From assembly GCF_000372725.1 (NCBI RefSeq), contig NW_005201231.1, forward strand, positions 182,679 to 246,678: a stretch of 64,000 bases of DNA, read 5' to 3'. The notes under the pieces were generated by a model. That model saw only the letters and a list, made by a program, of their open reading frames with translations, ran no database searches and was not told the origin of the DNA. Below are positions 1-12,799 of this stretch, piece after piece. Each line of letters opens with the position of its first letter. The stretch's first letter is position 1. The translations under genes and the position numbers were made by a program. This stretch comes from Emiliania huxleyi CCMP1516 (lineage: Eukaryota).

Positions 1-3000
1 CCGTTCACGCCTCGCGCGGGTCGTGCGGAGGCGCGGGGGCGCACGCGCTGCAAGCGACGACGAGCTTGGCGTCGCTGCCGGCGCACGACGCGACCACCGA
101 CGTGAGCGTCAGCGCGGCGAGCGGCTCGGCGCGCCCGTGCAGGTCGTTGATCGCAACCACACGCAGGCTCTCGAGCTCAGCAGACACGGCCAGCTGCACG
201 CCGGCGGCGGCGCCTCGCGACAGGGTCGCCGCGGCAGAGTCGGGCGGAGTGGCGGGCCCTACTCTCAGGTCGACCTCGACTTGATCTTCGGGGCCGTCTC
301 GCCGCACAGCCGGGGTGGCGAGGGGGGGGGTGAGGGGAGGGGGTGGAGGGGGGGGGGTGAGGAGGGGGGGCGCCCGGCGGCGAGGCCCGCGGCGAGGACG
401 GCGGCGGCGGCGGCGCGGCGCCCTCGTCTGGCGGCGGCTGGCCGGCGGGGGAGAGGGCGGTCAGGATCTGGGTGAAGAGGGTCCAGTCCGAGTAGGAGAG
501 GCAACACTCGACCGGCGACTCGGCTCGCAGCTTGAGCTCCTACAGACAGCGCGGCTCCGCGAGGCGTCGGGGGGAGGGGCGGCACTGCCTCTGCGCCGCC
601 CTCCGCAGCGTGCGAGCTCCGAGCGGCGCGGCCCGCCGCTGAAGCGCAGCGACATCTGGGTCGGCGCGAGGACAGTCGTCGTCTGCTCGCCGACCGCGTC
701 GCAGACGAGGAGATGCACGTCGAGCGCGTCCGCGTCGACCTGCACATCGCGCCCCGAGCCGCGCCGCTTGACGCAGATGGCGCCTACCCGCCGCTCCGCG
801 TGGGCTAAGGTGTGGACTCGCCCGACGGCGGGCCGCGCCCGCGCCAGACGCGGCGCCTCGCAGGGCGATGCCGCCCGTGCTGTCGAGCGACGGGTCGCGA
901 GGGAGGAAGACCTGCTCACAGGAGCGGGTGTGGAGAGGCGCCGCTCACAGCGTGCAGGTGTGAAGAGGGAGGAAGACCTGCTCACAGGAGCAGGTGTGGA
1001 GAGGCGCCGCTCACAGCCGCCGCCGTCTCGGAGAAGGGTCTAGCGGGGAGGGGCGCCTCGCTCGCCTCGAGAGAGAGAACCAACACCTGGACCACGCGGC
1101 GGCCCGTGTGTGAGGAGACGCCGCCGCAGCCCGTCGGCAGAGAGAGAGGGGGGGGGGCGGGCGGGCGGGCGGGGAGAGGGAGAGGGAGAGGGAAGAGGGG
1201 GAGGGAGGGCGGGAAAGGGGGGGAAGGGGGGGCAACAGGAGAACCGCCGGGTTTCTCACCCTGGGGGCGAGGGCCGCCCCCTCCTCCTCCTCAGGCAGAC
1301 TCACGAGCCGCTCGACCATGGGGGAGACCATGGGGGAGGCGACCGCGCCGATCGGGCCGGAGAGCGGCCTCGCGAGCGCCTCCGCCTCCTCCTCCGCCGA
1401 GAGCAAGCCGTCGCCTCCGCCCTCGCTGCGCGAGAAGAAGTCCGCCGCCGCCCGAAAGGCGCTCGCCGCGTACGTGATGTGCACGCCTGATTCGCTGACT
1501 CGCTCATGAGTGAAGTTGTTCACACCAGGCGGCCGCCGCGTGCGTGCCGCGCGCGCCGCAGACTGAGACGACCGTGGTCGCCTCGTGGCCGCGGCCTGGC
1601 AACCTCTCGACCGAGTGGCTCACCGACAGCTGCGCCGAGCTGGCGGCGGCCGGCTCCGCCGCAGGGTCGGACCACAGAAGCCTCTTGAGCCGCGAGCCGG
1701 TCGAGTCGGCTGGCCGCGTCCCTCGCCCCGACGGGTACCCGTCCCCGCGGCAGTCTTGGACGGCGAGCGCCGCGCTCGAGACGCTGTACACGGCCGAGTC
1801 GGCGCTCTGGCGCGCGCCGATGCGGACGCCACCCATCCACGCCAGCAGCAGCGGGCCGCCTCCGTCCTCGAGGGCCAGCTCCACCGCCGGAAGGACGAGG
1901 TCTAGCCTGCGGACAACTGCGGCGGCTGCAGGCGGCGCCGGGGTCTCCTCTTGAGACGGCGGCTGCGGCTGCGCGGCAGCGGCGCTGTCGGCAGCGGCGG
2001 CCCGCTCTGTGGAAGCCTCCTCCCCGCCCGCGGCAGGCGGCGGAGCGGAGGCCGCGTCCCCGCCGCCGGCGAGGTTGCGGGAGACGACGCCCATGAGCAG
2101 GTCGTACTGCGCCTTGGAGCAGGTGCACACCAGCTCGCTCCCGCTCCCCGAGATGAGCGTCGCGCGGCCAGCGCTCGCGCCGACGCCGCGCTCCACAGAC
2201 AGCCGCAGCGACACGTCCTCGATCATCTGCGACAGCCCGCCCGTCGCCTCGAGCGCCCCCTCCCCCTCCGGCAGCAGCGCAGACAGCTGCATGCGCTCGA
2301 TCGCGACCACGATGCAGTCAAGCAGCTCGGCGCCACCACCCCCCGGCCCGGCCGCGGTCCGGCGCTCCAGCGAGTTGTGCACCGCGATGCTGCCCAGGTC
2401 GCCGCGCAAGCCATCCGACGAGTCGGGCTCGAAGGGCAGGAGGACGAGCGGACTGCCAACCTCGATGTCGAGCGCGATCGCAGACGCGTCCTCGGCGCCG
2501 TCCGCCAGCACCGACCGAGCCACCTGCACCACCGTGCTCGCCGTCGCGCTCATCAGCGCGCCCAGCACGCCCTCCTGCAGGTAGCCGACGATGCGCATCA
2601 CCGCCGGGTGCCAGTAGCTCACGCGCACCGAGCTCATCCGCAGCCGCAGCGACGTGTCGCAACGCAACGCCGCCCGCGCCGCCGCCCGCGCCTCCTCCGC
2701 CGGCGAGTCGTACTCGAACGTGAGCAGCGATTGGGCGCCCTCGCGCAGGCCGAGCATCTCGTACTCGCCGCCCGCCACGGTGGACGTGTCCTGCACCGTC
2801 AAGTTGCCCAGCTGACCGCTCACCGACATGCCGCCCTCGGGCAGGAACGACACCTCCGTCACCAGCTCGCGCATCGCAAACACGCCGAGCTGCTGCGCCG
2901 CGCCGCCCTGCACGTTGAGGCTCACGCTTAGTGCCTGCAGCTGCGCGAGCACGCGCAGGCCGCCGGCGCGCTGCTCGCCGTCCGCCGCGGGAGCCACCGC

Positions 3001-4550
3001 CGCCGCCGCCGTCCCCGCCGCCGTCCCCGCCGCCGCCGCCGCCGACGCCGCCGCCGCCGCCGCAGGAGCGCCGAGCGATGCGGCGTCGGGCGGCGCAGCG
3101 GCCGCGGCTCCGGCGGCGGGTGAGCGGAAGAAGGCGAGGAGCGCGGTGATGGTGGCGGGGTTCCACTCGAGGTGGAGCCGGTTGAAGCGCACGTGCAGCT
3201 CGTCGGCCGCCCCCGCCGCCGAGCGCAGGTACTGCAGCTGCACGATCTCGTCGTTGCCTTCTGCTGGCGAGTCGTCGATGAGCCCGCCCACCGTGCTCAG
3301 AGAGCTGAGCAGCCGCTGGCCGTCGTTCATGGCGTCGGTGATCATCAGCGCCTCGAGCGCGGCCTCCAGCGAGGTCGCGCCGTCGCCGCACCGCTCGTAG
3401 GTCAGCCGAAGGCGGTGCATCGTCACGAGGGCCAGCTGCTGCGGCTGGTCGGCGCCGCCGAGCATGGAGAGCATCGCCAGCGGAAGCTCAAAGCGGAAGG
3501 AGAGGGTGGGCAGCGAGTCGCACTCTGTCGAGGCAGCCTCGCACTCACGCTCCACCAGCTCCGTCTCCCCGCCCGCGGCAGGCGGCGGAGCGGAGGCCGC
3601 GTCCCCGCCGCCGGCGAGGTTGCGGGAGACGACGCCCATGAGCAGGTCGTACTGCGCCTTGGAGCAGGTGCACACCAGCTCGCTCCCGCTCCCCGAGATG
3701 AGCGTCGCGCGGCCAGCGCTCGCGCCGACGCCGCGCTCCACAGACAGCCGCAGCGACACGTCCTCGATCATCTGCGACAGCCCGCCCGTCGCCTCGAGCG
3801 CCCCCTCCCCCTCCGGCAGCAGCGCAGACAGCTGCATGCGCTCGATCGCGACCACGATGCAGTCAAGCAGCTCGGCGCCACCACCCCCCGGCCCGGCCGC
3901 GGTCCGGCGCTCCAGCGAGTTGTGCACCGCGATGCTGCCCAGGTCGCCACGCAAGCCATCCGACGAGTCGGGCTCGAAGGGCAGGAGGACGAGCGGACTG
4001 CCAACCTCGATGTCGAGCGCGATCGCAGACGCGTCCTCGGCGCCGTCCGCCAGCACCGACCGAGCCACCTGCACCACCGTGCTCGCCGTCGCGCTCATCA
4101 GCGCGCCCAGCACGCCCTCCTGCAGGTAGCCGACGATGCGCATCACCGCCGGGTGCCAGTAGCTCACGCGCACCGAACTCATCCGCAGCCGCAGCGACGT
4201 GTCGCAACGCAACGCCGCCCGCGCCGCCGCCCGCGCCTCCTCCGCCGGCGAGTCGTACTCGAACGTGAGCAGCGATTGGGCGCCCTCGCGCAGGCCGAGC
4301 ATCTCGTACTCGCCGCCCGCCACGGTGGACGTGTCCTGCACCGTCAAGTTGCCCAGCTGACCGCTCACCGACATGCCGCCCTCGGGCAGGAACGACACCT
4401 CCGTCACCAGCTCGCGCATCGCAAACACGCCGAGCTGCTGCGCCGCGCCGCCCTGCACGTTGAGGCTCACGCTTAGTGCCTGCAGCTGCGCGAGCACGCG
4501 CAGGCCGCCGGCGCGCTGCTCGCCGTCCGCCGCAGGAGCCACCGCCGTCC

Positions 4551-4587
<37 letters not shown>

Positions 4588-7500
4588 AGGAGCGCCGAGC
4601 GATGCGGCGTCGGGCGGCGCAGCGGCCGCGGCTCCGGCGGCGGGTGAGCGGAAGAAGGCGAGGAGCGCGGTGATGGTGGCGGGGTTCCACTCGAGGTGGA
4701 GCCGGTTGAAGCGCACGTGCAGCTCGTCGGCCGCCCCAGCCGCCGAGCGCAGGTACTGCAGCTGCACTAGCGAGGACTCCTCCGGACCGCCCCCTGCAGA
4801 GGCTCGCGATGGGTTCGACTCCACCAGCCGCGAGCGGAGAGGATCCTGAGGAGACATGGGATTGGGGCAGGGGCGAGCCGTGTGGAGAGAAGGCAGGGGA
4901 CAGGAGGGAGAGGGAGAGAGTCGGCGGACAGCACAAAGAGAAGGCAGCGGAGAGCGAAGCGAGGCGGGCAGGCATGGGAGCAGCAGAGAGCAGGGAGGCG
5001 GCGAGGAGGCAGGGGGCAGTTGCGACCGCCGCGGTGCGATCGTCGACGTAGAGCTCGTCGAGCCGGAAGTGGGCGCCTTGCCCCGCCACGTCTCGGTGCG
5101 CGGTGAGCTCGATGCCGCCCGCGTGGAGCGACGCCAGCGGAGCGCCTTCGCGTCCGACCAGCGACAGCCGGACCCGCTGCACGAGGAAACGCGCCCGCGT
5201 CCTCTCAATCGTGGCCAGCGGCTGCGCGCCCGCGGGAAGGTCGGCGCCCTCCGCGGCCAATGCGGCGGGCACGCCGGCCTCGCCGGCTGGCTCGGCAGTG
5301 CCGCTCTGCAGCGACTCGAGGATGGCAGCGGCCATGCGCAGCTGCTCGGGCGACAGCTGCAGGTGCAGCGACTGCGAGCTCGCCTCGGAGAGGGAGCCTA
5401 TTCGCAGCTTGCCGTTTGGTACGCCGCGGCTCTCTTCTCCTGCCCAGCCTCGCTTCGGAGAGGGAGAGCCGGAGACGACGACGTGGTTGAAGGCGTGCGA
5501 CGAGGGCGGCAAAATGCAGCGCTGCAGGCCGACGTCGACGCCGAGCTCGTAGACCTGTGCACAGCGACGCGCGTGTTAGGACGCCGCCGACACCTCAACA
5601 GACCGCCGCATCCGAGCACCAGGTAATGGGCCCGCTCTGGCGCCGCGCGCAGGCTGGCTTTGCTCGGCGAGAGGATGACCTGTTCACAGCGTGCAGGTGT
5701 GAAGAGACGCCGTTCACAGCTCCTCAAGCAGCTCGGCGAGAGGAGGACCTGCGAGAGACGAGCGGAAGCGAGCCGAGGTGCAGCCGAGGTCTAGCCGAGG
5801 TGCAGCCGAGAGGCGGCCGAGAGGCAGCCGAGAGGCAGCCGAGAGGCAGCCGAGAGGCAGCCGAGAGGCAGCCGAGAGGCAGCCGAGAGGCAGCCGAGGT
5901 GCGGCCGAGGTGCAGCCGAGGTGCGGCCGAGGTGCAGCCGAGAGGCAGCCGAGGTGCGGCCGAGGTGCGGCCGAGAGGCAGCCGAGAGGCAGCCGAGGTG
6001 CGGCCGAGGTGCAGCCGAGGTGCAGCCGAGGTGCAGCCGAGGTGCAGCCGAGGTGCAGCCGAGGTGCAGCCGAGGTGCGGCCGAGAGGCAGCCGAGGTGC
6101 AGCCGAGGTGCAGCCGAGGTGCAGCCGAGGTGAGGCCAAGGTGCAGCCGAGGTGCAGCCGAGGTGCAGCCGAGGTGCAGCCGAGGTGCGGCCGAGGTGCA
6201 GCCGAGGTGCAGCCGAGGTGCAGCCGAGGTGCAGCCGAGGTGAGGCCAAGGTGCGGCCGAGGTGCGGCCGAGGTGCAGCCGAGGTCCAGTCTGTTCGGGG
6301 AGAGGGTGGCCTGGATCGAGCTGATGCTGAGCGCGAAACGGTCGTACAGCCACTCCGGTCCGTCGCCGCTGCCCTCTGCAGACGCGTCGGCGGCGGCGGC
6401 GGCGGCCGTCTCGCCGCCCTGCGCCACCATTGAAGCGAGGCTGATCGCGCCCATGTCAAGGACCAGCACGCCCGTGTCGGGCGAGCTCAAGTCCTGCGGC
6501 GGCACGGGCAGTGTCCGGCACGTGTCTCGGAAGTGTCCGGCACGTGTCTCGGAAGTGTCCGGGACGTGTCTCGGAAGCGGCTCGGGACGGGGAGCTCGAG
6601 TCCTGCGGCAGGATGAGGCGCGGCGCGGCGAGGCGCAGCTGCACGTCGGTCGACTTTCGTCGCGCGAGAACCGACTCGAGTGTCACCTCGCGCAGACTCT
6701 CTGCCTGCTGCCGCACGAGCTGCGCCAGCTCGGCTCGCTCCGACTCTCCGAGCACGTCGAGGAAGCGGCGGACCCGGTCGAGAAGGCGGGCGTTGTGCAC
6801 GAGCTCGAGCGGCGTCGCGACGGTCACCTCGAGGCGCTGATCCACCGGCTGCAGCTTTGCAGGGCAGTGCAGCAGCCGAAACGTCCACTGAGGGGCCACC
6901 TCGACCTCGCCCTCACCCTCACCCCCCGCCCCCGCCCCCCCCGCCGCGGCGCAGACGGGCGAGGGTGGCGCCGCCCGCACCACCGCCGCGCCAAACGACC
7001 CGAACGCCGCCGTGCAGTCGGTGAGCTCCACGCCGGCGAGACTGCCCTCGACAAGCGTGCCGGCGTACAGGCTGGCGGCGTGCATGGACAGGCGGGAGAG
7101 AGTGAGCCGCGCGACGCTCGCGCTCGCGGCGGCGCCGCCCTCGCTCTCGGGCGGCGCCGCCTCGACCAGGACCAGGGAGAGCTCGTCTAGCCGGGCGCGC
7201 AACTCGTACTCGACGCTGCCCGCGTCGCCGTCCTCGGCGGCCTCCTCCTCCGGCGGGGGAGTACCGGCGAGCAGCGCCGCAAGCTGCTCGCGCTGCTCGC
7301 TGCTCAGCGGCGTGCCCTCCACCTCCAGCTCGCCGTCGACGACGGCCGGCGCGTTCTCGAGGCTAGCGGGCTCCGAACCCGTCACCCATCCCCACCACGT
7401 GCCGCGCGCCTCGGCCGCCGGCGCCGCCGGCTGCTTGGCGGCCGCGCGCTCGGCGTCGAGCTGCAGCGTCGCGAGGGAGCGAAAGTGCAGGATGTCCTCC

Positions 7501-9146
7501 ACCGAGAGCTGGTCCCGCTCGAGCGCGCGAAGCTCACGCGCCTCGCTTGGCTCGAGCTCGGGGGACGCGCCTTGCTCGCGCTTGAACAGCCCGACGTACC
7601 GCAACCGCACCTCGCGCCGCGCCTCAAAGAAGCCTGCGCCCAGCCGCCAGCCGCGCTGCCGCCGCCCCTCCGCGACGATGCGCCGCAGCGCGAGCCGCCA
7701 CGCAGACCGTGCCGACGGGCCGCCGACGATCGGGCGCAGCAGCGCGTCGTTGTCGGCTGCGGAAGATGTGCCGCCCGAGAGGGCGGAGGCCTGGAACCGG
7801 TGCACGAACTCGGCCAGCCGCGAGCAGTCGCGCAGCTGCTGCTCGGCGAGTCGGACCTCGAGCGCGGAGAGCGATACCGTGGTTGCCGCCTTCGGCTGCT
7901 GCGCGAGGAGCGCCTCCTGCCTGCTGCGGTGCAGCACCACCTGCAGCCGAGGTGTAGCCGAGGTGCAGCCGTCGAGGTGTAGCCGAGGTGCAGTCGAGGT
8001 GTGGCCGAGATGCATGTGTGCGTGTGCGTATGAGTGTGCGTCCGACCGGTTGCGGTGCAGACACCACCTGCACGCTCGCGGAGATCGGGACCATCACGTA
8101 GTGCGGCGCAAGTGCAGACGACCCCCTCCCGCCGCCGCCTCCGCCTCTTCCGCCTCCGCCGCCTCCGCCGCCGCCTCCGCCGCCTCCGCCGCCTCCGCCG
8201 CCTCCGCCTCTGCTGCTTCCTCCCGCAGTGATCCCCGCCTCGCCCTCGCCGCCTCCTTCATCGCTGTGGACCAGGCCGCGCAGCCAGCGCGCGGCCGCGT
8301 CGAGCGTCGCGTCCGGCTGCAGCACCCTGACGCTCGCGGAGGGGTGGGTCAACCCGAGGTCGCCCCGAGATCGCCCGAGATCGCCCGAGATCACCGCGAG
8401 GTCGCCTGTCGCAGGCGCAGTGGTGGTAGACGGCGAGGCAGCGCAGCGCGGCCACCTTGTACTGCACGGACCCATCCGCGTTGTAGGCTCGCTCTCCCCT
8501 CTCATCGGCCGAGTAGACGGATAGCTCCGCCAGCGTGGCGCCGAGGGCAAACGGGGCGGTCGAGTTGAGCGCGTCTTCGTAGCGGACGTGCACGCTCCGG
8601 AAGGAGAGCTGCACGTTGTTGACGATCCGCGTCAGCAGAGACAGCCGCCCTCCCTGCCCCGCGCCGCCGCCGTCCGCCTCGGCCTCCGTCTCCGACGCCC
8701 TCTTGCCGCCCTCCGCCGTCGAGCGCTGTGCGGAGAGGTGGTCGATCCTCGCCTGCTTGCGCGCCCAGCGCCACTCCCGCTTCGCGCCCTCGTCCGAGCG
8801 CGACTCGTCCACCGGAGACGCGACCAGGTAGATGCCGTCGAGCGTGATTGTCACCGGCTCCGAGCCGAGACGGTTCCAAGGCAGCTGCAGCTCGGCCCTC
8901 TCGATGTACCCGGCTTTGATGTCGAGAGGGAGGCCCCATGCGTACAGCGCCTCGCGACGCAGCTTGAGCCGCTCGAGCGTGATGTGTCCCTTCCAAACCG
9001 CAACCTTGAGCGAATTGCGGTCGATGTCCTCGACATCTGCGCAGCGGCGGGCGGGGTCAGGAGATAGCGGCGGAGCGGGTGTGCGCGATTTTCGCACATT
9101 GGCCGAGGACGCGCTCGAGCACCGAGAGGGCGATGGACTCGAACAT
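1..9146 (-). CDS. VPS13: VPS13-family (chorein-N) lipid transfer protein, multi-exon, continues off the left edge of the window
   Basis: ATG at 9146. Splicing a GT-AG intron (~9038-9097) gives MFESIALSVLERVLGQYVEDIDRNSLKVAVWKGHITLERLKL...LPLDIKAGYIERAELQLPWNRLGSEPVTITLDGIYLVA, a typical chorein-N start. It is followed by IVNNVQLSFRSVHVRYED, LSVEDILHFRSLA, TWWGWVTG, APRLILPQD..LVLDMG and repeating beta-groove-like segments. Confidence 0.93.
2020..4767. repeat. Intragenic direct duplication in VPS13: 2020-3243 and 3565-4767, near-identical
   Basis: The same nucleotide text recurs at offset 1545 (1524 beyond a 21-nt indel in a GCC run), with only a few substitutions. Confidence 0.95.
5771..6285. 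repeat. Intronic 11-bp minisatellite (GCAGCCGAGGT/GCAGCCGAGAG)n
   Basis: Directly visible tandem array inside a VPS13 intron; shorter related arrays lie at ~7940-8010 and ~41865-41970. Confidence 0.95.
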
Positions 9147-9273
9147 TGTCAAGCCCTGCGTGCGCTTGGCAGCGGCCGCAGCAGCCGACAGACGGGCGTA
9201 CCTGGGGTTCGGCTCCAGGGTGTGGGGGAGACTGTAAAAAAAGAGAGAGGTCCAAAAATGGCCGCCCTCTACC

Positions 9274-9790
9274 CTACACGCTCGGCCCCTGCGACCACGC
9301 CTCGATCTTCTTGGGCAGCAGCTGGTTCATCAAGTCCTCTCCGTGGCCTAGGCAGCCGTGTTCGCCATTGCCCCACGTAAGGACGGCGCCGTCGGCGGGG
9401 AAGACGAGGTTGTGGTACTCTCCGACCGACACAGCAATGACGCGCTGGCCAGCCAATGCCTCGATCTTAGTGGTGCGGCACAGTTTGCGTGCAGCGCCAG
9501 CAGGGCCGACGCTGCGAGCACGAACGATGGGCAGTGGTACGGCATTGCAGGGCTGAGATTTCGGGATCTAACAAGCGAGTGTTGTACGTCTGGCAATGTT
9601 GTTTCAAGAAGCAGAAATCGCTCACTGTAAACACCCCCAAACCCCCAAACCCCCAAATCAGCAAAGGCCTCGATCTTCTTGGCGCACTTGGGCAGCAGCT
9701 GCATCTGCTCGTCGCCGTGGCCCAACTTGCCATACGCTCCATCGCCCCACCTCCAGACGCCGTCGGCGGTGATTGCCATGCTGTGGATGC
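9274..9790 (-). pseudogene. Degenerate RCC1-repeat fragments
   Basis: HSMAITADGVWRWGDGAYGKLGHGDEQMQLLPK and VSVGEYHNLVFPADGAVLTWGNGEHGCLGHGEDLMNQLLPKKIEAW lie in different frames. Confidence 0.75.
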
Positions 9791-10748
9791 GGGTGTAGCC
9801 GCTGACGTAGATGGCCTTGAGGTTGTCGAAGTCCAGATTGTCGGTGACGGAGATCATTTAAAGACGTCCTTGAGCGGCGTCATGATCTCCTCGACGACCT
9901 TGGACGAGAACTTGAGGGCGGAGGAGAGGAGCAGCTGGTCGTCCGTCGTGATCGCCTGGTCCGTCATGTGCATCTCGAGCAGCTTGTCGAGCTGCTGGCG
10001 CGTGTACGCAGTCGACATCTCGCGGCCGAGGACCAGGTCGAGCACCCTGGCGATCGGGAGGGTGATCGGCATGAGCAGGTACATGAGCGGCCGCACGAGG
10101 CACGTCGAGGCCGCGCCGATGCGCAGCCCGTGACGCGAGCAGACGGCCTGCGGGATGATCTCGCCGAAGACGACGATGACGGCCGTGGCGATGAGCCCGC
10201 CCGCGAGGCCTGAGGTGAGGTCGGCCGAGAGGATCGAGATCATCGCGTTCACCAGCGTGTTGCCCAGCAGCAGCGTGCACAGCAGCAGGTTGCCCTTTTG
10301 CCGCAGCGGCCGGATGCGCATCGCCCATCGCTGCTCCGTCGGTGAGCCGCCGTGGATGATGATGTCGAGGCCCTCGATCGAGAGCGAGAGCAGCCCGAGC
10401 GTCAGGCCGGAGAACATGCCGGAGAAGAAGATCAGGACGATCATGCCGAGAATATTGGCAGGGCACGTACGACGCGGCCGACGGCGGATTGAGGCAATCG
10501 GCCGCGCACTCGAAGAAGTCGGGCTCGACACGCTCCTCGCAGGTGGCGCTGCAGTTGGGCCCGCTGCTCGGGAGGAGGTCGAGGGCGGCGGCCGGCGCGC
10601 AGCATGCGACAAAGAAAAAAGTCCGCAGCAGGAGCGGCGACAGCGCTGCTGCGTGCAGCCGGGCGTGCTCTTCACGCCGCGTGCGCTGCCGTCGTCGTGA
10701 GACAGTCGCCGACGGCGCTCTGCTCGTGCCACACTGCGCAGCCAGCAT
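9791..10748 (-). pseudogene. CNNM/DUF21-CBS metal transporter, frameshifted and truncated in the first CBS region
   Basis: FSGMFSGLTLGLLSL...NLLLCTLLLGNTLVN...VVFGEIIPQAVCSRHGL...MTPLKDVF. There is a 2-nt frameshift (GTC TTT AA ATG ATC) at ~9858 before MISVTDNLDFDNLKAIYVSGYTRI, and a probable second frameshift near 10460. Confidence 0.85.
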
Positions 10749-11859
10749 GATCACGCTCCTACGGCGACCCGCCGACCCGCCCGCCCGCGACCCCTCCGTA
10801 CCCCACCCTCAGCGCGGATTGGCCCTGGCTGCGCGCCATGCGGGCACAGCCGGCTTGCTGGCGCCGCCGCTAGCGCCCTCAGCCGCCTCGCTCGCACCGC
10901 AACCTCCTCCTCCTGCATCATGGCCCTCCGCACGGCGGCCGTGCAGCCATGCGGGCTTGCTGGCTCCCGCGCCAGCACCCTCCGGCTCAGCCGCCTGCGC
11001 CTCGCCCCGGTCGGCAGCAGCCGCAGCGGCAACTGCAGCGGCAACTGCGGCGGCGGCAGTGAGAGGCGGTGCGCACACGCGCATGTGTGTGTGTCGGTGT
11101 GGAGAGGCAGGGGTTTCGTGTTCGCGGTGGTGCCGCCTGAGGGTCGTGGAGGGAGCGAATGTGTGTGTGCGCTGCGCAGGTAAGTCCAAAGCTGGACTTG
11201 GTGGTGGCACCAACAGCGGCGGCGGCGGCAGTGGGAGAGGAGAACCGGCGGCGAGCCGCGCAGAGTGCGATCGCGACACAGGGGTGGGAGAGACAGTACA
11301 AAACGCGTGCGCATTCGGTGACCGGCAAGGGAGCTGGCTCAGCACCGCAGCACCATAGGCGCCGGAGTGGGCTGCAACGGATGGCAGGAGCGACAGACGC
11401 GCAACGGATGGCAAAGTGCCGGCAAGAGAGTGAGCGTATGCGATTGCGTGTGCAGCTCGACGAGAGGGAGCGCTTGCCGCAGCTGGGTGAGCGTGAGGGG
11501 GCGAGGTGGTGGCGCTCCTGGGAAGAAGAGGAGCACGAACAAAACAAAGGAACCAAGGTCGGAGAGGAGGGCGTGTCAAGATTTTCACGGTTTCTCCTCG
11601 GCCGTTCGGGATTTTCGGTCTAGCCGATGAATAAACAACGGCGGCGTTTAGACAGACGATCCGGAGGGCGAGGGATGGCGAAGAGAGAGAGAGATTGTTT
11701 GTGGGATATGGCGCGACATTACGGGCAGGCGATGTTTTATCAGAGCGGGCCAGCCAACTGAGCCCGGATTAGCCGAGCTGGCCCTAGAGCCAAAACACGT
11801 GATTCACCTCTAGAGCTCGCTCTCGCCTCCTCGGAGCCTCAGCCAAAATCTGTCGCTCC

Positions 11860-12720
11860 AGCGCCGTCGTCCGGGCCCACGGCCGGCTCGCCATCTCGAT
11901 TTCCACTCGCCCGATGCGCTCGGTCTCTGCTGACGGCTGCCGCAAGAGCGGCTGGCTCACGACAGCGTCTTGCCGGTTGTCGGATGGGAGAGTACGGGAC
12001 GTCTGGAGTGTAACTGTGTACGTGAGATCGGTCTTGGTAACAAGCACAGTCGGTCTATCGAAGCGATGCACTCGTTTCCGTTGCCCTTCGAGCTTGACAC
12101 AGAGCTCAGCGCGCCCCGCAAAACAGGAAGAGCCGTCCGGCAAGAAGATCTCGATAGGGAGCGAGAACCGTTAGAGGTGCTCCGAGAGGTATCAAGACTC
12201 CGTCATGACGCGGTAAGATTACTCCAAAAATGACCGCGCAGATGTCGAATCTCGTTGAGATATCTTGCAAAATCTGCTCTTCCCGAGCCGGCAGCACGCA
12301 GAGAGTCGCAGAAAGGCTACGAGTGCTCGACGAGTTTTGAGACCTGCGCGGTCAAACCTGGGGGGAACTGACCGCACCAGGACGGACGTCCGAAACCTGC
12401 GTGAGCACCTTTGACGATTCTCGCTCCCTATCGAGCTCTTCTTGCAGCGCGGCTCTTCCTGTTTTGCCGGCACAGAGCTCCGTGCAAGGCGTCCAGCGTG
12501 ACGTGGCGAGTATATCGCTTCGACGGATCGACCGTGCTTGTTATCAAGACTGATATGACGTACACAGTGACACATCAGACGACACATATTCTCTCACCCG
12601 GCGGGCCGCAAAACGCTCTCGACAAGAGCCACACAAAGCCACCCGCGCGGCAAGCCGCTCGTCGGACAGGCGTGCTCGATCGATGTCGGAGAGCCAAGGA
12701 CAAGCCCGGAGGGCAGCCAC
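11860..12720. repeat. Long imperfect palindrome (foldback) centred near 12290
   Basis: Arms pair in reverse complement, e.g. TGACCGCGCAG (12231) with CTGCGCGGTCA (ends 12354), GATAGGGAGCGAGAA (~12153) with TTCTCGCTCCCTATC (~12418), and GTCTG (12001) with CAGAC (12576). All pairs give the same centre. Confidence 0.85.
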
Positions 12721-12799
12721 GCAGAGTGGCGCCACTTCTCGAGCGTCGGCTTGCGCCGGAGCGCCGCAGCCAACCGTGCAGCGAGCGAGTCGGACAGAA

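Noticed and set aside
899..1020. Repeated GAGGAAGACCTGCTCACAG...GGTGTGAAGAG units (also ~5670-5750, ~51150-51200)
   Set aside because: Small intronic dispersed repeat; no evidence of function beyond a common intron repeat family.
5714..6505. Long ORFs with CSRGAAEVQPR / HLGCTSAAPR repeats, or a CRISPR-like array
   Set aside because: Translations of an intronic 11-bp minisatellite; no unique spacers, no cas genes, eukaryotic context.
11746..11790. Small hairpin followed by CTAG as a Helitron 3' end
   Set aside because: Spacing is atypical, and no matching 5' end or Rep/helicase is seen.
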